A stretch of DNA of 63,993 bases, counting the filler, from Octopus bimaculoides (Eukaryota): assembly GCF_001194135.2 (NCBI RefSeq). It is 9 parts of 8 records of this genome, joined end to end, with 100 filler letters (N's around TTAATTAATTAA, not from the genome) between each part and the next. Parts side by side here need not be neighbours in the genome. Positions count along the whole stretch, not along the records: positions 50,377 to 55,192 come from NC_068981.1; positions 55,293 to 58,948 come from NC_068990.1; positions 59,049 to 60,682 come from NW_026432696.1; positions 60,783 to 63,993 come from NC_069003.1; 5 more parts are not named here. The stretch is one strand, 5' to 3'. Both the position numbers and the translations under genes were made by a program. This document shows, piece after piece, positions 54,203 through 63,993 of this stretch (positions are counted from its first letter, which is position 1; every line of letters starts with the position of its first letter). The notes under the pieces are model-generated. The model was not told the DNA's origin, did no database searches, and saw only the letters and a list, made by a program, of their open reading frames with translations.

Positions 54203-54972
54203 CAATGAAGCTTTATAATAAAAGTGTTGAGTTTGTACAACTTCATCATGTTTCGTTTCTTCGATATTCATACTGTATTTTTGTGAGAATAAGGGTGTTT
54301 TTATTATTAGATTGGCGATGTGCTGATTAGGTGTGGGCTGCGTGTAAATGAGGAATGAACACTCACTAAATATAACTGTAACAATGTTTAGGACGTTTCC
54401 CACGACGTTTCCCACAACGAAAGGACGTTTTCCACGACGCTATCCGGCAGCGAATGGGTGTATAAACAGAACATTTAATTTCCTGTTGCATGGCGATTAT
54501 TTCGTCATCTGACATGTAGGACGCCGTGCACCTGTACAGGTAATGTTGATCTGATGGAGGGAGCGATCGTATGTGAACACAAAGATTTTATCACTATAAA
54601 CAACAAGTCATCTGTGTGGTTGTTCCGCAAAAATTTGCAGAACTTCATACGTCGTCTCACGACGGGAAAGACCTTGATGTGTGTGTGTCTGTGTGTGCAT
54701 TTTACTTGTTTCAGTCATTAGCGTACGGCCATGCCGGAGCATCATCTCGAAGAGTTTTTAGTCGAGTGAATCGAACCCAGTACATACATTTTGTTAATTG
54801 TGGTACTTATTCGATCGGTCTCTTTTGGCGAACCGCTAATGTTACAGCAATGTAACCACACCGACACCGGTTGGCACATATTTGTGTGTGTGCAGGTGTG
54901 TGTGTGTATGTCTTTGCGTTCAGGCGAGTATTATGGCATTGATGTAGCAACATTTGAAATATTGTCTAGGTA

Positions 54973-55047
54973 AATCCAGCTGATGAAGACTAATCAAATT
55001 TACGATGACAGACGTTTTTAAAAAGCCCGAAACCTAGGGACTGGATT
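54973..55047 (+). ncRNA. Type I minimal hammerhead ribozyme motif (PLE type), probably inactivated
   Basis: Stem I AATCCAG/CTGGATT; core CTGATGA (54980-54986); GAAA (55029-55032); palindromic stem III CCTAGG; cleavage triplet reads GGA instead of GUH. Confidence 0.6.
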
Positions 55048-55588
55048 ATCCGATTCTCAGTGGTCCATTTATATAATGGTCTTCCTGGAGGTAAGACATA
55101 ATTTTTGTTTGCTGCACTCACACATCTTTGCAAGTATATACACATTGAAGCTTTACTAGAGCGTCGTAAATGCATCGACTGCTATTTCCAGTNNNNNNNN
55201 NNNNNNNNNNNNNNNNNNNNNNNNNNNNNNNNNNNNTTAATTAATTAANNNNNNNNNNNNNNNNNNNNNNNNNNNNNNNNNNNNNNNNNNNNAATCTATA
55301 AGTGGCATCTACTATTTACTAGCGTTAGTGAATCAATCAGATCGGCGTCTTTGTGGTCGCTCACACAGCTAGAAATACTTGTGAAATCCCGCTCAGATCG
55401 TAACTTACCATTTTAAAAGAAACGGATGCATTGACCTAAGTAGGTCCTGATATATACAAAGGCGTGATGGTTATAGCTGGAACGCCTTCAATCATAGGTC
55501 TGCTTGAGTACAGCAGAGCTTCGACTATTCAGCAGTTTGGTTGTCTGGTTATTTTTGATATCTAGCATATCATAGGCACTAATATATT

Positions 55589-55673
<85 letters not shown>

Positions 55674-56614
55674 TTGTGTGTGTTTTATTTACTTTCTAAG
55701 TTAATCTTTCTGGCTAGTTTTCACATAGCAGGAGTGTTTTAATCTGGCAGCCATGAGTGTAGACAAATTGCGAATTATAGAAAATGTGAGATTACAGAAA
55801 ACTGTCACCTAAGCTTTCATTAAAATCCGATATTAAAATCTGAAAAGTTATTTCTCACTGTTTCCAAAGCCATAAATTGTTAAACATCAAATAGAATACA
55901 TCAAACCACTCCACTGCTTGACTACGTGTATTGTTAAATACTGCCGACAGATGACTCACGGATTCAAATTCACGAATTTGAACCCAAAATCTAAATTCAA
56001 TATAGAAGGTTATTATTTATTTTGTGTTGTCCTCTAAAGAAATAAATGTAAGCAAATACTGGTTTCAAATTTTGGCACAAAGCTAGCAATTTCAAGGGAG
56101 AGGGTTAGTCGATTACATCAACCCCAATGCTCAACTGGTTCTTATTTTATTGACCCGAAAAGATGAAAGGCAACGTCGATTTTGGTGGCATTTGAACTAA
56201 GAACGTGGTGACGGACGAAATGCCGGTAAGCATTTTGCCCAGATGTTCTAACCATTCTGCCCACTCGCCGTCCTAATGTAACCAAATAGTGGAAAACATT
56301 AAATGGTACTCTGCTGGGCTTTATCATTAGTACACGATCAGAAATATTTCGATAAAAGCGGAGGTGTTGCAGTTGATTTATTCAATTCAGGTTATTTACT
56401 TTAGCCACCCCTGGAAAGATTAACGGCAAAAACTTCATCTCGGCAGGATGTGAATTGACACTGTTAAACAGATGTAAACAGCACGCCATTATATCCGTCG
56501 CTGAACAAAATAATGTAAATTACGACACTTTATGTATTTAAATCTAGATATCCAAGTGAATAAACGTTGAAAATTACCTTGAAACAAGAGTTACTATGTT
56601 AATATGAAAGATTA

Positions 56615-56928
56615 CGCCGAGGTTGACTTTGCCTTTCTTCCGTTTTAAGTCGATAAAATAAGTATCAGTTGAACACTGAAGTTGATGTTGTCGACAAGCT
56701 CCCCCGAAATTGCTGGCCTTGTGCTGAAATTTGAAACCACTGTATGAGGATGCAAGAATAGCTTTCGTTATTTTAATATTCAATGAAATATGAAAACAGT
56801 TCATAAAATCGTTTATATAATTAAAAGTGAAAGACCAGAAGGAGAACAAATGACTTTTCAAGTTTCACCAGGAAACTTAATTGAAACCCTAAAGTGTTGC
56901 GATTAAAACGAAAACATATATCATCATC

Positions 56929-57027
<99 letters not shown>

Positions 57028-57345
57028 CAGATAGAAAGGTCTGGCGATGTATGTTTTTGTTTTAGTCGGAACACTTTAAGGTTTCAATTAAGTTTCCTAG
57101 TGAAAGTTGAAAAGTCATTTTTTTTCCTTTTGGTCTTTCAGTTTTAATGATATAAACGATTTCATTAATTGTTTTCATATTTTATTGAATCATAAAGCAA
57201 CGAAAACTCTTCTTTCTTCCTAATGCAGTGGTTTCAAATGTTGGCACAAGACCAGTAATTTAGGGGGAACTAGTCGACTACATCAACCTCAGTATTCAAC
57301 TGGTACTTATTTAATCGACTCTAAACAGATGAAAGGCAAATTATA
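56615..57345. repeat. Old inverted duplication, about 310-bp arms around a (GATA/GACA)n core
   Basis: 56615-56925 aligns to the reverse complement of 57045-57345 (about 80-85% by eye), covering a SINE A2 3' half plus about 180 bp of non-SINE flank. Confidence 0.85.
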
Positions 57346-57688
57346 TGTAATAGAATTTTGCAAAGAAATACTTTATCAGTCAAAATATTAGCAAAAAATT
57401 TCTTAAACGTCACAAAAGGACAAATTTTGTATTGTGTGACAGATATCCACTCACACACACACACACACACACACACATACATATACATATATATACAGAG
57501 ATAGAGGAGGGAATGATACAAGGCAACAATGTTTACTGAAAATAGTAGTTGATAAAGTTACTACGCTATAGTAAAGCTTCAATGTGTATATATTGGGTAA
57601 GTCGTGTGAGGGCAGCAAACATTAAAAATTTCGTCTTACCTCTAGGAAGAACATTATATAAATGGACAATCAAGAATCGGATAATCTA

Positions 57689-57731
<43 letters not shown>

Positions 57732-59475
57732 NNNNNNNNNNNNNNNNNNNNNNNNNNNNNNNNNNNNNNNNNNNNNNNNNNNNNNNNNNNNNNNNNNNNN
57801 NNNNNNNNNNNNNNNNNNNNNNNNNNNNNNNNNNNNNNNNNNNNNNNNNNNNNNNNNNNNNNNNNNNNNNNNNNNNNNNNNNNNNNNNNNNNNNNNNNNN
57901 NNNNNNNNNNNNNNNNNNNNNNNNNNNNNNNNNNNNNNNNNNNNNNNNNNNNNNNNNNNNNNNNNNNNNNNNNNNNNNNNNNNNNNNNNNNNNNNNNNNN
58001 NNNNNNNNNNNNNNNNNNNNNNNNNNNNNNNNNNNNNNNNNNNNNNNNNNNNNNNNNNNNNNNNNNNNNNNNNNNNNNNNNNNNNNNNNNNNNNNNNNNN
58101 NNNNNNNNNNNNNNNNNNNNNNNNNNNNNNNNNNNNNNNNNNNNNNNNNNNNNNNNNNNNNNNNNNNNNNNNNNNNNNNNNNNNNNNNNNNNNNNNNNNN
58201 NNNNNNNNNNNNNNNNNNNNNNNNNNNNNNNNNNNNNNNNNNNNNNNNNNNNNNNNNNNNNNNNNNNNNNNNNNNNNNNNNNNNNNNNNNNNNNNNNNNN
58301 NNNNNNNNNNNNNNNNNNNNNNNNNNNNNNNNNNNNNNNNNNNNNNNNNNNNNNNNNNNNNNNNNNNNNNNNNNNNNNNNNNNNNNNNNNNNNNNNNNNN
58401 NNNNNNNNNNNNNNNNNNNNNNNNNNNTATATTTACATTTTAAACATATTTATATATAATCAATCATTTTTCCTTAAGGTATTGTAGCAGTATCAAGAAT
58501 ATTTTGTAAAATCTTTGGTTTCCTTTGCTATTTCAGAATGTTATCAAATTTTCTAAACTGATATAGTTTTTGGTGGAAATGACGAAAATCACGTCAGCTT
58601 TTATAAGAATTAATATGAAAACATCACAAACTTTTGAAAGTTCGAAACGTTAGTCAATCAGAAACCTCCATTATCAACATAACGCAGAATATAGAGAAAT
58701 ACCTTTCGTGTCTAACGAGAGACACCACGGGAAACCCACTGATAAGGTAGATGCCGACCCCGGTTACATGTTTATATGTATGTAAAACATCTAAGCCTGT
58801 AAAAACGTATATATGTATATATCTATGAATGCAAGTACGTACATATGCATGTATATACCACGAACTCGCATAAAATCTAATTCATGTACGTGCATACCCT
58901 ACTTATACACACTGAGTGTGTGTGTACATGCATATATATGTATATATANNNNNNNNNNNNNNNNNNNNNNNNNNNNNNNNNNNNNNNNNNNNTTAATTAA
59001 TTAANNNNNNNNNNNNNNNNNNNNNNNNNNNNNNNNNNNNNNNNNNNNAATATTTATAAATTCCATCCAAGGATTATTATTATTATTATTATTATTGTAT
59101 CAGCACAGTTCGGTGCAACTCGAAAACACCTGGTATTGCCATTTGGCATAATTAGGCTGTAACTGGCCTAATTAATAGTATAAGAGTTTATTTTCATATT
59201 GCAAATGTTTCTTGCAAACGAAATTAAAGGCTTGGTGTTTAGTGTGTTGCACTCACAATTGCAAAATCATGGGTTCAGTTCCCAGACCAGGTGTTGTGTT
59301 GTGTTGTTGAGCAAAGTACTTCACTTCATATTGCTCTGCAATCATTTTGTCATCTGATGTGTGGCACCCAGTTGCACCTGTACAGGTAATGTCGATTTGA
59401 TGGAGGGAGTGAACTTATGTCTACACAAACATTTGATCACTACAGAGAAATCATCTGTGTGTGCGTGTGCATCTA

Positions 59476-59688
59476 TGAGGTGGGTGCTGAAAAGTTCCTG
59501 GTTTTTAAGGGTGTCATGAAAGGCCTGGTTGGAGGCCCAACCTTCCAAGTTCTTTTACAGGTCTTAGAAAAACTGAAGGACCCCTGTGTTAAGTCAGTGA
59601 ATCTGAAAGGGGGAATATGTTGAATGAAATGATAAATAACTGATCCTCCTGGATTTTCTTTCGCCCAAAGCCAAGAACTTTGCAGCAC
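59476..59688 (+). mobile_element. Internally deleted mariner (MITE-like)
   Basis: TA followed by TIR ..GTGCTGAAAAGTTCCTGG, and right TIR AAAGCCAAGAACTTTGCAGCAC cut by a SINE B; encodes the transposase C-terminus LEKLKDPCVKSVNLKG... Confidence 0.75.
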
Positions 59689-60117
59689 AGGTGCAGAAGT
59701 GGCTGTGTGGTAAGTAGCTTGCTTACAAACCACATGGTTCAGGGTTCAATTCCACTGCATGGCACCCTGGGAAAGTGTCTGCTACTATAGCCNNNNNNNN
59801 NNNNNNNNNNNNNNNNNNNNNNNNNNNNNNNNNNNNNNNNNNNNNNNNNNNNNNNNNNNNNNNNNNNNNNNNNNNNNNNNNNNNNNNNNNNNNNNNNNNN
59901 NNNNNNNNNGTAGCAGTTCAGCAGAAGAGATCAATAGAATAAGTCCTGGGGTTTGATTTGTTTGACTAAAGGTGGTGCTCCAACATGGCTACAGTCAAAT
60001 GATTGAAATAAAAAAAAATGAAAGAATAAATCCCTTGTGTATGTATATGTATGTAGATAATTGTGTGTGTGTGTATATGTCTGCATATGTATATCTGTGT
60101 GTGTGTGTGTGTGTATG

Positions 60118-60290
60118 TGTCATCATCATCATCATCGTTTAACGTCCGCTTTCCATGCTAGCATGGGTTGGACAATTTGACTGAGGACTGGTGAAACCGG
60201 ATGGCAACACCAGGCTCCAATCTAAATTTGGCAGAGTTTCTACAGCTGGATGCCCTTCCTAACGCCAACCACTCCGAGAGTGTGTGTTTT
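60118..60290 (-). mobile_element. RTE LINE 3'UTR (family D)
   Basis: (CAT)n CGTTTAACGTCCGCTTTCCATGCTAGCATGGG...GGATGCCCTTCCTAACGCCAACC; same start as 48520. Confidence 0.75.
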
Positions 60291-60865
60291 CTTTGTGCTA
60301 CCTTACCCCCTCACACCTCCCACCATACATCTCTCTCTTTCTCTCTTTCCCTTCAGTTATGCAGATGGCCTGGCGAGAGAGAAACCCCGAAGTGAGAATA
60401 CGAGAGGCCCACAGAGGCCTGGAAAAAAACTCTGAGTAAGTCTGGCTTTGACTTTCATATTGTAACATAAGTATCCTTTTACGTCTATTTTTCCATGCTG
60501 GCATGGGTTGGGAGCATACATATTCTTGATACACTGCTTTACAGTCAGTTGCCTTTCCAGTTGTATACATATATGTACATATACAGATAAATGAATATGT
60601 TTTTAATTCATTCCAAGTCGTTGACTGGTTTCGTTTGATTAAGAACAAGAAATGGCACTAAGTTTATCCAGTTTGACATTTCNNNNNNNNNNNNNNNNNN
60701 NNNNNNNNNNNNNNNNNNNNNNNNNNTTAATTAATTAANNNNNNNNNNNNNNNNNNNNNNNNNNNNNNNNNNNNNNNNNNNNTATATATATATATATATT
60801 GCTAGCAATGACACAGTATTTTGTTTTGCAAGCAACCATGATTTACTTCCAAAATATTACAAGTC

Positions 60866-61075
60866 AACTGGCAGAAATGTTAGCATGCCGGGCGAAATAC
60901 TTAGCGGTATTTCGTCTCTCTTTACGTTCTGAGTTCGAATTCCGCCGAGGTCGACCTTGCCTTTCATCCTTTCGGAGTCGATAAATTAAGTACCAGTTGC
61001 GTATTGGGGTCGATCTTATTGACTGACCCCCTCCTCAAAATTTTCGGGCCTTGTGCCTAGAGTAGAAAAGAATAT
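60866..61075 (+). mobile_element. SINE family A, tail type A2
   Basis: Family A head and central domain with a ...GGCCTTGTGCCTAGAGTAGAAAAG tail. Confidence 0.85.
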
Positions 61076-61865
61076 TATGTCTTGTTTTGTGTTAGCAGTG
61101 CGATATTCTCGCTTTAAAATTTATCTCTACAAATTTTTTTTATAGATTTCACAGTCAGCCCTGAAAGTTACGACGTTTTATATACGAATACATCATTCTA
61201 CATCATTGTTAAATTTCCTGAAAATAAAGCTCTTGTTTTTGGTTAATATCGTGTTGTTGCTTTTATTAGTAAATTCGTTGGGGTTGACTTCGTTATTATA
61301 CCTGGTTTCAATAAATTCTTACAAACAGGTTGACGCCTATATTATTTCTGCAGGTAGAGGTTCTGTTTGATAATGCTGAATTAGGATAGCTCGTCGTCAC
61401 GTTCTTTTTGTGGTTATTGTGTTCGTTTTATTTTTTAAACTAAACCGCCATTTTGTTGCTATGAAAAAAGAACGAACGTTTTGGTTCTTCTGGAGGAGTT
61501 AAATCACATATGTTGAACATACAACTCGAGAGCCAGTTCCAACCTTTAGCAATGTGTCATATCGTCCCTGACTGAGTATTATAGAACAAATAGTTTTATT
61601 GCGTTTTTTGTAATTTTGAAATGGTAGGATGATGAGAGAATAAAAGAGATAAAAAATAGGAAAGAGTTAGAAGGGGAGGAGAATATGAAGAGAGAAGGGG
61701 GAGAGATAAACAGAGCGATATAGAGATAAATGGATAGGTATATAGCAAAAGAGAGAGCAGAGAGGGGGGAGGGAGAGGGTTATTGGTAAACGAGAGGAGA
61801 AAAATAATGTTGATGAAGTGAATGAAAACAGTGGAGAAGAGGAAGTAGAAGGAAGGGGAAGTGGA

Positions 61866-62250
61866 TAATGATGAGGAGGAGCAGGAGCAGGAAGATGATG
61901 ACGATGATGATGATGGTGGTGATGGTGATGATGATGATGATGATGATGAGGATGAGGATGATGATGACGACGACGATGATGATGACTATGGTGATGACGA
62001 TGAAGACAAGAAGGAGAAAGAGGATGAGAAGAAGGTGGAGGAGGGGAGGAGGGGGAGGAGGAGGAGGAGGAGGATTAAAGGGATGATGATGACGACAACG
62101 ATGATGACGATGATGATGACAATGATAATGATGACGATGGTGATGACGATGAAGACAAGAAGAAGGAGAAAGAGAATAAGAAGGTGGAAGAAGAGGAGGA
62201 GGAGGAAGGGGAGAATGAAGGAGAGGAACAGGAGGAGGTGAGAAGAAGAA
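61866..62250. repeat. (GAT/GAG)n purine-rich low-complexity array with internal duplication
   Basis: The block GGTGATGACGATGAAGACAAGAAG...GAAGGTGGA occurs twice (about 61990 and 62140). Confidence 0.85.
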
Positions 62251-62894
62251 GGAGAGGAAGGGGAGTTGGGAGAAGAAGAGGGTATGCTACAAGAACAGAG
62301 TCAAGAAAAAAATAAAAGCAGCGTCAACAAGCAATAAACAAAGGCAACAATACACTAACAAACAAAAAAGAGTAAACATCTTACGTAAGGCTGTGTGGAG
62401 TAAGTGGGTGGAGCAGGGTTGTGGAGTGTCGAGGCTTCTCCTCTGAAGATCTTCTGCCGTTCACCTCTCCCCCCCCCCAACAATCACAAGAGACTGTGTC
62501 ATATTCGCGATGGTAAAGAAGGAATTTGAAGATCTAAATGTTTAACATGCAGTCGAGATCTAAAGACAAACAACAGAGCGAGGAAACATCTCTTGGCGAT
62601 AGAAAAAAAATTGGAAACCCACACACGCACGCGCACACACACACACACACACACGCACACACACACATACACACACACACTGACATATGTACATGCACAA
62701 TTACACACACATACACACACGCACACACGCAAATACACATACACACGTACATACACACATACACATACACAAAAACATGAATGCATATATGTATACATGT
62801 CTGCGTATGTATGTGTACTTATATATGCGTACATATATACATGTCTCTCTCTTCCCCCCTCTCTCTCTCCCTCCATATATATATCTATATATAT

Positions 62895-63025
62895 CTGTTG
62901 AAGAGCGTAGCTCGAAACGTTAAAGACTTTCCGAATTCCCGAGCGTCATACTAATACATCCTTTTGTTGTTTACACCACCTGTCCTCGTCTGTTGTTGTT
63001 TTTTCGTACATTCTCCCATATATAT
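62895..63025 (+). ncRNA. PLE-type terminal segment with degenerate minimal hammerhead
   Basis: CTG(T)TGA-A-GAGC-GTA-GCTC-GAAAC-GTT: perfect stem II and palindromic ACGT stem III, but core A6 is T and stem I is not evident. Confidence 0.55.
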
Positions 63026-63452
63026 ATATATATANNNNNNNNNNNNNNNNNNNNNNNNNNNNNNNNNNNNNNNNNNNNNNNNNNNNNNNNNNNNNNNNNN
63101 NNNNNNNNNNNNNNNNNNNNNNNNNNNNNNNNNNNNNNNNNNNNNNNNNNNNNNNNNNNNNNNNNNNNNNNNNNNNNNNNNNNNNNNNNNNNNNNNNNNN
63201 NNNNNNNNNNNNNNNNNNNNNNNNNNNNNNNNNNNNNNNNNNNNNNNNNNNNNNNNNNCCGTAAATGGTGACGAGAAATTTTACTTAATGTATGCGAAAC
63301 ATTCAAACGATAAGAAAGGCGAATTTCATGTGTAGGTGGCGCTACATGGCTAGAAAACCAGAAGACATGATTTTGTATCACGCAGCAGGCACATCTGTGG
63401 TGCTTCCAGCTTTATATTCGACCACCGTTTATATCTGTACACACACACACAC

Positions 63453-63500
<48 letters not shown>

Positions 63501-63571
63501 ATGTATGCGTAAATGTATACGTATAAGGCTAGAGATAGGAACGATGATTTCCCTTCGCAAATACTAATCAG

Positions 63572-63671
63572 ACACAGACAATGTGTCGTTCGTTACCAGC
63601 TGGAGGAGATGTCCTCCTGGGGCTACAAACAACAGTAGCATCGTCTCCTATGGGACCACCACATTTAGTTG
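63572..63671 (+). CDS. Candidate host-gene exon C (phase 1 to phase 2): xTDNVSFVTSWRRCPPGATNNSSIVSYGTTTFS
   Basis: AG at 63570-63571 (alternative at 63576-63577); GT at 63672 (GTAAAT); about 50% GC unique island; the frame compatible with exon B has three N-glycosylation sequons (NVS, NNS, NSS) in 32 codons. Confidence 0.45.
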
Positions 63672-63733
63672 GTAAATACACTTCACGATTCCATGCTGCT
63701 ACTGTTTACTTCTCGCTCAGAGGTTTAATATTG

Positions 63734-63791
<58 letters not shown>

Positions 63792-63972
63792 TCTCTCTCT
63801 CTATATATATATATATCTATATGTAATAATAATATAGATTTAATCAAAAGATGAAATGTGATACTTAAAATGTTTGAGTCACCAGAATTTGGTAGGATAA
63901 AAACCAAAAACAAAATCAAGAGATTTGGTGAATAAAATTTGAAGATAAGCAACAAAAATTCAATAGGTTATA

Positions 63973-63993
63973 GCAGTACGTACGTTTCGTACA
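63973..63993 (-). ncRNA. 3' half of a minimal hammerhead motif, cut by the window end
   Basis: Minus strand reads GAAAC-GTAC-GTA-CTGC: palindromic stem III with an intact GUA triplet. Confidence 0.45.

Noticed and set aside
61146-61246. Alternative phase-1 exon after exon B (YFTVSPESYDVLYTNTSF...*)
   Set aside because: Good acceptor, but AT-rich with no strong donor and a stop after 32 codons; weaker than exon C, though not excluded.
61861-62241. 126-aa acidic ORF (MDNDEEE...)
   Set aside because: Pure trinucleotide low complexity, starts at GTG, no splice evidence.

Overview
AT-rich, microsatellite-saturated eukaryotic DNA from a gappy draft assembly (roughly a fifth N). The SINE/LINE families and repeat landscape point to an octopus (coleoid cephalopod); this is an inference. 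No complete gene is present and most of the ORF track is microsatellite or gap noise. The window holds decayed mobile DNA: at least four tRNA-derived SINE families, RTE and CR1/Jockey-like LINE ends, three different Penelope-like RT types plus GIY-YIG pieces, a DD36E Tc1 transposon, mariner/pogo/hAT/Helentron-type derivatives and several inverted duplications. Best leads: (1) three tiny + strand exon candidates (8.1, 48.4, 63.6 kb) that splice phase-compatibly into a signal-peptide-bearing, N-glycosylated protein N-terminus; (2) several Penelope-type minimal hammerhead ribozyme motifs; (3) a LINE 3' tail shared with a SINE family, with a covarying hairpin; (4) a DD36E Tc1 in a mollusc; (5) recurrent head-to-tail SINE concatemers and SINE-plus-flank foldback duplications. 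All family names come from motif recognition, not database searches.
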